From Octopus bimaculoides (Eukaryota): DNA of 64,000 bases. How positions within the stretch are numbered: position 1 is the first letter of the stretch; each line of letters starts with the position of its first letter. Shown piece by piece: positions 24,483 to 36,613 of this stretch. Both the position numbers and the translations under genes were made by a program. A model generated the notes under the pieces. It was not told the DNA's origin. It searched no databases and saw only the letters and a list, made by a program, of their open reading frames with translations. The DNA is taken from assembly GCF_001194135.2 (NCBI RefSeq), contig NC_068988.1, positions 17,747,006 to 17,811,005 of the forward strand, written 5' to 3'.

Positions 24483-24890
24483 ATGAGCCGAGCAGCTAGT
24501 AGCAAGTTAATATCGAAATACTACACGTGCTTGTGTAGTATACTTAAAATCAGATGGCCCGAACACATAAGCAATATGGAGCTATGGCAAAGAACGAATC
24601 CAGTTTCGATTAGGGAGCAAATATTTAAGAAAAAGTGGAAGTGGATTAGTAGCACAATTAGAAAGGACACACCAAATGTAGCGAAAGGTGCTTTACAGTG
24701 GAATCCGGATGGATATAGAAAGAGAGGCATGCCTAAGAACTCGTGGCGTAGATCAACACAAAAGGAACTAGAGAAGGGGGACGTCCATGGCAGAGTATAA
24801 GTACAGAAGCGAAAAATTATGCGACATGGGGGGTTAAAAGCAAGAAAGAAAGGCACGTATTTAGTCTGGTGTAAGCCGACTAAATGCCAC
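24483..24890 (+). mobile_element. RTE-clade LINE ORF2 3' end remnant
   Basis: CLCSILKIRWPEHISNMELWQRTNPVSIREQIFKKKWKWISSTIRK..AKGALQWNPDGYRKRGMPKNSWRRS is the typical RTE C-terminus (I-W-D-ISN-ELW...RW-WIGH-LR...W-P-GKR-RGRP--TW). Confidence 0.9.
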
Positions 24891-25989
24891 TGATACATCT
24901 TATGACATGGTACACAACTTTTATATAAGATATGTTTGCAGTATTTTGATACTGTTTATCGAGAGTAACTTTCAAGAGATTTTACTTCTGTCCATAACAA
25001 AAGCCTAAATAAACATTTACATGGATATGAAGCATTCTTATATTTGGTGAAACCGGTTGTTTCAAACCGAATTTAACCAGCTGAAACCAGTTCAACTCTT
25101 TAAACTATCACTCAGTGTCACTCTCAATATGTTTACACATATTTCTAGAATGATCGATACTATGAAATCGATAATGCAGTTCAGCAAACAATTAACTTCA
25201 GTTTTTCTAGCATATTCTTATGCCTGAAACTAATACTACCATTTAATGGCGAGTGCTATATTTTCTGATATTCTCATTGATTTTAAAAGTAAATAAAATC
25301 AAACATGCCTCAGTTATATCCAAAGCTATAAGCAAAATGAATAAATAAAATCTGTTGAACAGATTTTATTAGCTTGAAGTAACGACCTGAGTCTCTTTTT
25401 CTTTCCACGTATAATTTTACATTCTCATATATGTCGGTGATCATGTACCTCAATGCTAAAATCTGAAGATTCATGTTGCCTTCAGCTGATTTATTTCCGG
25501 TTTACTCTGATTGTTTCCCTTTCTTTTGATCTTAACTTGCAGGCGCAAAGCGCTGCTAACACTAAGGCAAGCATACTTGTTTATGTGATACCAGGATATA
25601 ACCATACACCATTGGTTTAATGTGACGCATGTCTCCGTGTCAGACGTTCTCCTAGTCCTCTATGGTATTACTATAGAACCTACTATTTGACCCATGATCA
25701 TATAACTTTTTAAGCCAGGAATATTACTGTTACTTAAGAGAAAAACTTTTTGTAGACATGCCCAAGAATTGCTTATCTATGAGTTGTATCTATAAGTAGT
25801 ACTCGGTCGAGTAAAAGATATATAGTTTATAGATAAAAGGCAGATATTCTCCGTATAGAATACACTTCGTAGTGCTCAAGAGATTTAAACTTGAGCTGAT
25901 AGAGGAATAAATGTAAGGATAAGCAAGTTAGGCAAGTCGATATACAAAAAATATTAAATGCATTTAATACAAAAATGTACATATGTTTA

Positions 25990-26890
25990 CCTATAAATCA
26001 TATGTTTACAGAATAGAAATTATATCAGGAATTAAAGGGGGTTGAATAAATTCAACGAGTCCAGCAGCTGTTTCTGGGAGCTTGGTGATTCAAAATAATG
26101 ATTGTAAATTGATTCCATCACCGGATGATACCAGCCTCTGTCTTCAGGGAAGAAGTTTGCATTTGAGGTGTTGACGGAGAGGATATTAAAGACGGAATGA
26201 TTTTGTGAAAAACTAAGAGCATTAGAAGGAGTAGCTGGGATGTATCTAGATAGAGAGTAGTGAGAGGAGGATAGAAATTATTTCAGTTAGAAGTGGAAGG
26301 TGGGAGGAAGAGGGAAGGGTAGTTTAGGTAGTATATGAATGGTGACCTTTGTGTTACATTGTCTGGAGGCTATGGAGTTAAAAGTTGCGGTAATCAAAAT
26401 GGAAATGGCCATTATTTGAGGGAAATAAGTTGACTGGTTCAGTGGCTGAGGAAGATTAGTAAGGTATGTAGAGAGGAGATGGAAGGAGATAGAGTGGGGG
26501 TGAGTGAATGGTCAAAATAGTAGTTATTTGTGAGACAAAGGAATCGGATTGGTATTGGAGGGGTGTTATGGTTCGGAGAGATACATGAAATTGAATAGAG
26601 GGATGTGAATAGGGGGTAGAGGTAGATTGGTTAATTTTCTAAGGAGTCGGGTAGTGTTAAATACGTTTTGGAAGTGGGGAGGCTAAGAGGGAAGTAGAAA
26701 GTAGTGAATTTGAAGAATTTGGAAGAAATTGGAAAAGTGTGTGTGAGAAAGAATAAGGGATTGGTGGTATTTTTTAAGTAGTAGCTTGCTAGTCTTACTT
26801 TGTCTTAGCTTAAAGGTTATTTTGGGTTTGGATAGTTAAAGTTATGGGATTACAAAGGCTTAGCAAAGTGCGTGAAAGAGGAGTAGTACC
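25990..26890 (-). mobile_element. Purine/pyrimidine-skewed repeat, probably Penelope-like, with a long-stem-II hammerhead-like motif at 26060-26150
   Basis: The reverse complement is TCC-CTGAAGA-..about 65 nt..-GAAAC-AGCT-GCT-GGA, with a palindromic AGCT loop III and U16.1 reading C. No ORF motif was recognised in the body. Confidence 0.45.
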
Positions 26891-26921
26891 TGTGTATATA
26901 TGTATGTATGTATGTATGCCG

Positions 26922-27107
26922 GTTTCAAATTTTGAATCAAGGTCGGTAATTATAGGGAAGTGGGAGAGTCGTTTACATTGACCCAGTGTTCCGAAAGGAT
27001 GAAAAGCAAAGTCGACCTCGGAGGAATTTGACCTCAGAACATAAAGAAGGTCAAAATGCCCCAAGCATTTTTCCCAGCAGGCTAATGATTCTGCCATCTC
27101 ACTTCCT
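26922..27107 (-). mobile_element. SINE family B copy, internally deleted
   Basis: gaaaggatgaaaagcaaagtcgacctcggaggaatttgacctcagaac..gctaatgattctgccatctc. Confidence 0.8.
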
Positions 27108-27768
27108 TTATGTAACTATATATATACTGTATATGTTAAAATGTTAAGATGTATATGAAACTTTCAGCTATAAAGAAATATCAAGGAATTTTAAGACATT
27201 TGAAAATCACTAGAATTTCAATCTATTTCTGTATCTAGGTTTTCAGTTTTTTTCTTTTTTTTTTCTTTTTTCTTCTTTTGGTATTATCACATTGTAGCCA
27301 GAGCAAAATTTCCTAAGGTAATTTTATTCTTGTAATGAAAATTTTGAGATCAGTTCATTCTTGAATGCAAGAAATTGACAGGAGTGTTCGCTACTATAAA
27401 TGTTCCAAGTGTTCGTTAACAGATTAGGATTTGGCACTGTCCTACAACTGTACATCGGGTATTTTATGCTGGTCGTTTCTTCGTTATCTAGAAGTCAAAA
27501 CCATCAGAAGATCGGCTGAAAGAGTGGAAATTGTGTAATTCGGAGTACTAACAACATAGAGCCTTTCCTCAAAATACGTTGAGATGTTCTCTTTATTTAC
27601 GTGTTCAGTTCCGGAATTTATCGTTTCTTGGTGAGTCAGCAGAGATGAACAGGCTTAAACGCGCATACACACAAACACCGCACGCACGCACACACACACA
27701 CATACACATGTACATACATATATATTATATATCTATATATCTTATAAATACACAGGCAAACACATACG

Positions 27769-27829
<61 letters not shown>

Positions 27830-28116
27830 TGATATGGTTGTATACATTGCCTATTTACAGAATCCGATTTCGGATAATACGAAGCTATAAAGCCAACTGC
27901 ATTTGCATATTGTTCAGTCTGGTGATATATTGAAACAAGGTTACGATGACATAAGCATTGTTTTTCTAGGCTGTCTTCTAATCAAGCAGACCCAAAATAT
28001 GAATATAAAAAGAATAAAATAATAATTTCTCCCAGTTACAATTCTAACGGAATTATTATTTCTATCGTTGTTGTTATAGCTACTACTGTTGTTTTTCAAT
28101 AGAAAATATTATTCAG

Positions 28117-29245
28117 GTGAGGAGCGGCTTGAATCATTAGAATGGCGGATAAAATGCAATGCTTAACGGTATTTAGTCCGTCTTCATGTTCTGAGTTCAT
28201 ATTTCGCTGAGGTCGACTGTGCCTTTCAGAATTGATAAAATAAATACCTGTCGAACAAAGGAATTGATGTTATCGACTAGCCACCTTCCACAAAATTTCA
28301 GGCGGTGTGCCTATAAAAGAAAGGATTATTATTAATGCAGTGAGATAGCAAAATCGTTAGCACGCCAGACGAAAAGCTTAGCTGCCTTTAATCTATGTTT
28401 TCTCTATAAGTTCAAATTTCACCTTGATCGACTTCGCCATTATTCCTTTCGGTAACAAGAACCAGGCTCAATGTAATCACCTAACCTTACTCTACCTAAA
28501 ACTGTTGGCCTTGTGCCAAAGTTAGAAATGTTTATTACCTCCGCTTTAGCGAGGGCGGAGGTATTGTTTTCAATTGTGTTTGAAAACAAGAACCGCTGGA
28601 TTGATTCGGATGAAACTTTAAGGGATCTTTGGCCTCGTGACTGGCACGAACTGATTATATTTTGGTATCGATCCGGTACCCGTCAAAGATTCTGAATTAT
28701 TTTTTCCTGTTATTTTTACTTAATTTTTGAGAGCAGTCGGGTTCATCCTTAGTATTCTCGTTATTATTTTATTGCTGCTATTCTTACAACAGCAATCTAG
28801 CAGAATTTTCAGTGTATCGTGGGGGGGGGGGATATTTACTTTGTATAATTTGTTCCGAGTGTCTGGTTTCAAGTCTTGCCGTTATTAACTTTGCTTTTCA
28901 CCCATCCAGGGGTTGATAATATAAGTTATCACCCAAGTACTATGTCGGTAGTGCCTACTACTTTTGCTTCCCACTAAGTTACTGACCTTTTACTTACATC
29001 AGAAATAAATATTATTACTGAGAGTGGTGGTTTAACAGAATCGTAAGAGCGCCCGAAAAACTACTTTGCGGCATTTATTCTAGTTTTTTTTTTGCGATAT
29101 ATTTATTGTGTTCAAATTCGCTGAGGTCAACTTTGGCATTCATACTTTAAGGCTCAATGAAATAGCATACCAGTCACCTACTGAGAGTTGGAGAAATCGA
29201 CTATTCCAAGTCTTCAAAATTGCCATGTGCCTAAGAAACAATTTA
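28117..29245 (+). mobile_element. Cluster of four decayed, same-strand SINE family B copies (about 28117-28332, 28340-28535, 28790-28990, 29030-29245)
   Basis: Each contains recognisable gttcaaatt/gaggtcgactt/ttgcctttc/gataaaataa motifs. Confidence 0.7.
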
Positions 29246-30305
29246 TATTATTACTAACATAACCGCAGCTATTTATTATTGTTATTTTTTTGCTATTCTT
29301 ATTGTTATTCTCACCAATAATATAATAATTCCTATCCTAGAAATCTGGCAAACTCGATGAAATAAACATTCTCCTTATCTAAAAGTAGAGAGAAGTGGGA
29401 ACGAGATGAAACTTATACAGAAATAATAAAAAGAAATAAATTATATTTTCAGACGCTACACTTTGCTATTTAATTGAGAAAATTACTGACTGGATTCGCT
29501 TTGTCTAATGTAATTACAGAATATTACAGAAATATATTTAATTTCAGCAAACTGCAATAACTTGATGGTCATTTTGTTTTCCTTTCTTACTTCAAAATTT
29601 TGTAATTTCGTAATTTTTTTTTCTCTCTCCTTTCTTATCTTCAATTTTCTTCCATATTTTCTTGTACTTAGTTGTTTTTTTGGGTGAAGTTTCCTTCTCT
29701 TTTTGACTGCTTGCTGATCTTGTGTTTCTTTTGGTTGTTGCATTTATTAATATATTATTACTGTTATTACTATTGTTCATTTTGCTATTATCCTCCACCA
29801 TGAAAAGATGGGCGTAAGATAGGGGAAACATAGCATGAGAAAGGAAAATAGGATGATAGGAAAGAAAAAAAAAGACGGAGCACATACATCTTAACGTTTT
29901 GTTTTGTTATTGTTTCTTTTTTTGTATTTGTTGTTTTCCTTTTTTTTCCCTTTTCTTGCTAACAAAATGATTGCGTTGTTGATTTCACCATCCTCACTTT
30001 TTATCTTGTATTTCCTTTCTTGCAAACAGCAGTTGATTTTCATATGATCCGCAACAGTAGCGGTTCGTGTTGGTTTTACTAGTAGTTGTTATTATTGTTG
30101 TAGTTCTATTTTAGGCATTTATGACATGCGATTGTAGTTTATTCTTTTTTTTTTTTTTATCGATTGTTGTACAATTCATTTTTTTCCTATGGTAATAGTC
30201 GTGTTGGTTATGTTGATAAAGAAACCGATGGTGAAGCAAAGAGGAAAAACGATAGTCAGAGAGAAACAAAAAGCTGCTGTTAGTTCTAATGATATCTTAT
30301 ATTAA

Positions 30306-30520
30306 GGCGGAGAGCTGGCAGAATCGTGAGAGCATCAGAAAAATGCATTGCAGTATTTGTTCCATCTCTGAACGTTCTGATCTCAAATCCTAGCGGGGAC
30401 AGCTTAGCATTTTATCCCTGGCAAGTCGATAAATTTAAGTTCAAGTGTATGTACTGGGGGTCATTGCTATTGACTAAGCTCTCCCTTAAATATTACTAAC
30501 CCTGTGCCTAAATCAGAAAT
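30306..30520 (+). mobile_element. SINE family B copy
   Basis: ggcggagagctggcagaatcgt..acgttctgatctcaaatcc..gtcgataaatttaagt..ctggggg. Confidence 0.75.
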
Positions 30521-30891
30521 CTTTAAGTCCTGTCTATTCTTTATTACGTGTTAAACTTGTTACTGATTATTCCAGCTGTTGCTCTATAATATCATTATAT
30601 TATTTTCATATTCTATTGGATTTTTAGCTTACTTCTTATTTATATATAGGGTTCATTGCCGGTAGAATATTCATTTACACCGATAATATACATCAAAATT
30701 ACATGAATTTCACATATGTTTCTCCTATACATTAGGAACACACCCTGATTAATCAAAATAAAATCATCGTATTTATACTTAATAGTAATATGTCTATCTA
30801 ATATCTGACTTTTAATAACAATAGTGATAATTTCGAGCTTATTTTTCTCTTTGTAAATGACCGCTTTTTCAATTGTTTTTTTAATTATGAA

Positions 30892-31004
30892 TGCGGCTGT
30901 GTGGTAAGCAGTTTTCTTCTCAAATATAAGATTCCGGTCTCAGTCCTGTGCCAAAGCCTTGTGTGTGGATTTGGCAGACGGAAACTAAAGGAAGCCTGTC
31001 GTAG
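30892..31004 (+). mobile_element. SINE family A, deleted 5' fragment
   Basis: gcggctgtgtggtaag..ccaaagccttgtgtgtggatttggcagacggaaact. Confidence 0.75.
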
Positions 31005-31123
31005 TTAGATCGATAGATAGGGAGAGAGAGAGAGAGATGGAGAGACATAGAGAGATACGTTCATACAAGCATACATTTATATGGTGGGTGTATTTGAATG
31101 TGTGTGTTAGTATTTGTGTTTCT

Positions 31124-31210
31124 GCTGGAGGGAATATCAGCCGAAACGTCGTGTTAAAAACAAAGATGAGGACAAATACCCGTCAAATGTAAATAATATA
31201 AATAATATAA
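31124..31210 (+). mobile_element. 5'-truncated copy of the hammerhead-bearing element (GAAAC-GTC half only)
   Basis: gctggagggaatatcagccGAAACGTCgtgtt..gatgaggacaaatacccgtcaaatgtaaataat. The CTGATGA box is absent. Confidence 0.85.
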
Positions 31211-31312
31211 ACAAAACATTGTCGTTTGCCAAGCATTTGTAGAACCAGTACTAAGGAAGGATAGGAAAATATTAGATTTATAAGCTCTAAAAGTCACTCC
31301 ATAATTGCCAAC

Positions 31313-31570
31313 GGGTATATGGCATAGTGGTTAAAAGCGTAGGCTACTAACCTCAAGATTTCAAGTTCGATTCAAGTTCGATATTAATAATAATATATCG
31401 GAAAATACCTTAGGAATGATAACCGAGGTTCGAAATTTCCCCAAGACATCTGATGAAGGCTGGACGGTATATCAGCCGAAACGTTGTGTTAACAACAAGC
31501 AAAATGAGGACAAATATCCGTCAAATGTAAATAATATCCATAATTCCTCATCTCTTAAATATAGAACTGT
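31313..31570 (+). mobile_element. tRNA-headed SINE-like element carrying a minimal type I hammerhead motif
   Basis: A box tggcatagtgg (31320-31330), B box gttcgattc (31365-31373), the hammerhead at 31445-31490, and a 3' tail aatgtaaataat shared with the copies at 4361-4475 and 31124-31210. Confidence 0.8.
31445..31490 (+). ncRNA. Minimal type I hammerhead ribozyme motif with an intact core (predicted to be dimer-dependent)
   Basis: GACAT / CTGATGA / A / GGCTG-10nt-CAGCC / GAAA / CG / TT / GTGTT. All conserved core bases are present, stem II is 5 bp, stem I is 5 bp with 2 G:U pairs, and palindromic ACGT replaces stem III. The predicted cleavage is after 31485. Activity is untested. Confidence 0.65.
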
Positions 31571-31874
31571 ATGTTTTGTTTATGTCCTTTCCCGCAACTT
31601 AACAGTTCAGTAAAACGAGGCTTAAAAATATGATTATTGGGGACGATTTCATCGACTAAAGACATGAAAGCAGTGTTCCGGCATGGCTGCAGTCCAATGA
31701 CTGAAATAAGTAACAGATGAAAAGATAAAAGAGGGTTTGTCCGATGAATATCTTTGGATTTTTAATCGTCGGCTAAACTATTTATATTAATAAGCTTATA
31801 TCAAAGTACCATTTATTATTATTTACAGGATCGTAGAAACGGTACCGTATAAAAAGAACATTCGCAGCGGAATA

Positions 31875-31905
<31 letters not shown>

Positions 31906-32271
31906 CGTGTGCGTGTGTGTGCGTGTGTGTGTGTATTAATATGTATATTGATATATAGTATAGTGCACTTGCAAAGACGTGCGTCTACTCCCTAATTAAC
32001 ACTGCTGCAAGATAACATTTAACAATTGTTTTGCTTAAATTCTCTATAGATCGATAAATTAATGAAACTGTGACAAGCTACACCGACAATTATAAATAGC
32101 ATATATGATATGAAGGTTCGATTTCGATACCAAGAGTTTAATACAGAGAAAGAATACAGACTGCAAAGATGAATGTTGTAAATAACCTTAGAGGAATGAA
32201 TGTCATCGAGATAAAGATGAAAATGGCATTCTACAGGTTTTTTGAATACATACGTAGAAACATACATACAA

Positions 32272-32316
<45 letters not shown>

Positions 32317-32591
32317 CATGTATACGTATATGTATATGCATGTGTGCCTGCTTATATGTATAAATACAAATGTGTATATATGTATATATATATATGTATA
32401 TATATATATGTGTGTGTGTGTCTGTGTGTGTGTGTGTGTGTATAAATATGTATATATATATGTATGTATACATACACGCATAGAAACATACACACACATA
32501 CACATATGCATGCATATATTTATTTATATATAGATGTAGCTATGTACATATACGTATGTATATATGCATATACTCATTTATTATTTGTATT

Positions 32592-32652
<61 letters not shown>

Positions 32653-33212
32653 ACGATATATATATAGAAAGAAAAAGATATGTAACTAAGCTACTAAATT
32701 TAGCAATAAATTAAGATACACAACGTTTTTGCCTGATTATATTTGGAAAAATAGGAATAATAGTTTATTTCAATTGTATTATTATTTTAGTCCCTATTGC
32801 CACTGCCCCGGCAAATATTAAATAAACAAGGTGATTGTTGTTGCTATTCTTCTTTTCATTGCTGTTACTACAGTTATGCACTGCCAAACTTCTGATTACA
32901 TTTTATATCAGTTCTCGTTCTTTTTGCTGCTGCTGCAACCATGATGTAAAATTCCTATATCGTCATTCTCTTCCCCTTTTGTAAGTTTTATTGTCTGTGA
33001 GTGCTTCATGCCGCTTCCTGTAGTGTCAAAATAATATGGATGTGAGCGCATGTGACTTTAAGTATAAACCTAAAGAAGATGCATATACATGATATGTATA
33101 CAGACGATATATATACAGACATATGTATATATATATGTGTGCATATTTATGTGCATGTGTATATGCATATAAGTGTGTGTGTGTGTGTGTGTGCGCGCGT
33201 ATGTATACGCAC

Positions 33213-33348
<136 letters not shown>

Positions 33349-34614
33349 GCAAGTACATATATATGTGTATATGGTGTGAATGTATATATGCAATATATAA
33401 AAATATATATCATTCTTACAATCGGTCCTCCGGAATTTACTTCTTTGACATTTATTGTAATCGATAGCCGATTTAGAATTACTGCGAAATATTCCCGATA
33501 CAGCCAGCATGATATATATTCTACTGATAAGCTGTGACAGAGATGGATGTAATACATGTTACTCCCTAGATTGTTTCACTTGATTTGAAATCCATACATC
33601 TTTCGTAGCGTTTAGTTACGTGGGACATGAACAGATCAACTTGTGTGTATGACAATTTAATATGGAGTAATATATGCTTTACTGATCAATTTCCATTTCT
33701 CAAATCAAATGTTATGAATATTTGAATGTAAAGACGGTATATAAATACATTCCATACAGAAATCATGTTCTAACGAAAGCAGTGAGGACGTTTCAAGCAT
33801 AAAATATTTGGTATTTGTTTCATATCTTTACCAAAGGCTGCAGAATAATTACTAAGACCCTGTTTACTCACGAGCCCGTAGTTTCTCATTGTTTGTACCG
33901 GATACGAAGATATGTGTCATTCTAAACCTCATTTGTATGTGTATGTAAGCATAAGGTTGTATGAATATACGCTTGTGTCTCACACATACAGATTAATATA
34001 CTAATAACTGACGTGTGTATGCTTCCATAAATGTCTACTGGCGCGTATGTATATGTATGCGGGTATTTGTATATACTTCATATAACTGGCTGTAGTAATT
34101 CATCGGTTTTGGGAAACAAAAATTGTGAAAGAGCTTTACGTCGGTGATGGCTGCTCCGACATAATATCCAACTGTTGGGCCATAAATATACAACTCAATT
34201 TACTAATTGAAAGAGAAAAATAGGTTTTACTGACCTAGCAATCAGATTTTTCTCCCTTGATGTATTTTTCGATGCTTTTTCTATTCTAAAGAGAATATAT
34301 TTAATGAAACCATTAACATGTACACTTCTAAATAACCATGTGTTTTGTAAACCTAGCTGTAAGATTAATAAATGGACAGAAAATGGTTGTGAATTATTAA
34401 CAAGAATGTCAACATTAATGTAAATGGTAACAACGTAATATGAGTTATAATATCTGTGAGGAAGTGATATAAAAGATGACGAGAATAAAGATGAGGAAAG
34501 TGATAAGGAAATGGACGATAGATATACATACGTATATACATACATACATACACACATATAAACGTACATATATACACACACATGTATGTGTGCCCGTGTG
34601 CGCGCGTGTGTAGA

Positions 34615-34945
34615 AGATCGTAGGCACGATCAGCGACTTAGAGAAGTTATCCGCCGTTCCAAGTCCCGCCACCTCAGAAGATAACCAAATATTTACCTTC
34701 CACACCGATGGGATGACCAGCCCCGCGTCACGTCTCACCAGGAGTACGAATAGGGCCACACCCCATGTGACATCAGGTGGAAATTAATTGTTCAACAGGG
34801 CTCATAAATTAATGGAAGTGGTCGTTGCAAGATCTACATCGCGTAGAGAGCCAAAATTCTTAAGGACCATACGAAACCTGGCGCATTAAACAGCTGTAAA
34901 GAAGTGTTTCCTAAATGCATCCACTTCAGATTGGATCTCCCCGTT
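34615..34945 (+). mobile_element. Penelope-like GIY-YIG endonuclease C-terminal remnant
   Basis: DIRWKLIVQQGS*INGSGRCKIYIA*RAKILKDHTKPGALNSCKEVFPKCIH has the same motif architecture as the remnant at 11550-11790. Confidence 0.7.
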
Positions 34946-35188
34946 TTCTAGTTAGGCCGCTTCGAGTCTGTAGAGGAAGATCCCCACATTCAGGAAAGAT
35001 AACCCGTCTTCATTAACTTTTTTTTTTTTTTTTGGCTAAGACGTAATCCTTGAGTTCTGAGTGTTTCCCCACGTCTGCGACGCAGTTATTTTAAATTTTG
35101 TATTTATATAGTCTGCGAGCCGTCCACGTTTCTTTGTGGATGCGAAATATTGGGTTACTCTATGTCCAAGATATAAAATTTTTGTTGT

Positions 35189-35246
<58 letters not shown>

Positions 35247-36560
35247 TATATACAAACATACGTGTCTATATTTTCATACTTATATTAAATATACATGTGT
35301 ACGAAATGGTAAATATAATATAGCAATGTAGGATATGTTTAGTTTTGGCATCTTAGTGGGAGTAAGATTCCCAGTCATACAGTGAGTGTCTATATAAACA
35401 GAAACCCTCAATAACATTCCGTGAATATAATTGCTGTCACTATAATATATAAAAACATATTTTCTGAAATGTTTTAAATTTGACTTTATACAACATACAG
35501 GTTATAAAGTTCACTTTTGGCCAAATCTGCGATAGAGGCAAGTTTAAAATCACTACTAATCATTTTGTTTATGCTGCTAGTTTGTGAAATGTTTTGGCAG
35601 ATAGATTTTATAGATCATTTTTATAAATGTTAGATTATTATCCTGAAGTATTACTGAAACATTGATTACTGTTATTGTAATGGATGTTATTTACATTGAT
35701 TGCGAAGGAGGTTGAGTATCATGGTTCTAAGCGTGTCAAGCCATAAGTTCCTTGTCTTATATAGTCATGACTATTTATGCTTGGAATCGATAACAAAAAA
35801 TGTGGTATTCAACTGCTGGATTCGATTTGACAGGTTGAACTTTGCAAAATACGTAACTCTGCGCTTAAGCAAGGAATATTTACCAGTTGTTTCTAATATT
35901 GACATCAGGCCTGGCGTTTAAAAGGACGGTTAGTCATTTACTTCGATCCTAGTACTTGAGCAGCATTTTATTTTATTCTCCATGGAGGAAAGAAAGGCAA
36001 CGCAGACCTCAGCAAGATTTGAACAGTGAACGATGGATAACCGAAATAAATAATGTGAAGCTTTTTGACGAAATAATAATTAGTAATTATGATAATCACA
36101 AGGATGTAAGAGAGTAATCGAAAACAATGTTTCAATCTTTCTGCATATTTCGTAACAATAAACAAGATCTTATGATTTATGTTCAGTAAAGCATAATGCT
36201 TTCGATCTAAATGACCTCGTTAAGATGTTTACAAATGCAACATTACTTCGATTGTTTATTTAAAATTGCTGTTTGTAACGTGTACAGCGTGATCTCAATC
36301 ATCGATTATTTATCAACTTTCGTGTTATGCCATCGAATTGTTTCCAACGCGTTTAACGTCTTTAAATGCCGGCCGATGATCCAAATGTGCTTAGGTGTAT
36401 CGAGCTTATATTTATTTTCAGCCAGTTATGGTTCCTATTTCCCGAATACACACATACAAACACGCGCGTGCAATGTGCTTCCAAATAAATGCCACGCACA
36501 AGTTATAGATCATTAGTGTGTGAACGAGCGAGAGAGAGACAGACAGACAGACAGATAGAA

Positions 36561-36613
<53 letters not shown>

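Noticed and set aside
29483-29885. Lys/Asn-rich minus-strand ORFs that look like a nuclear protein
   Set aside because: Explained by strand-skewed poly-T and decayed trinucleotide repeats, with no family motif.
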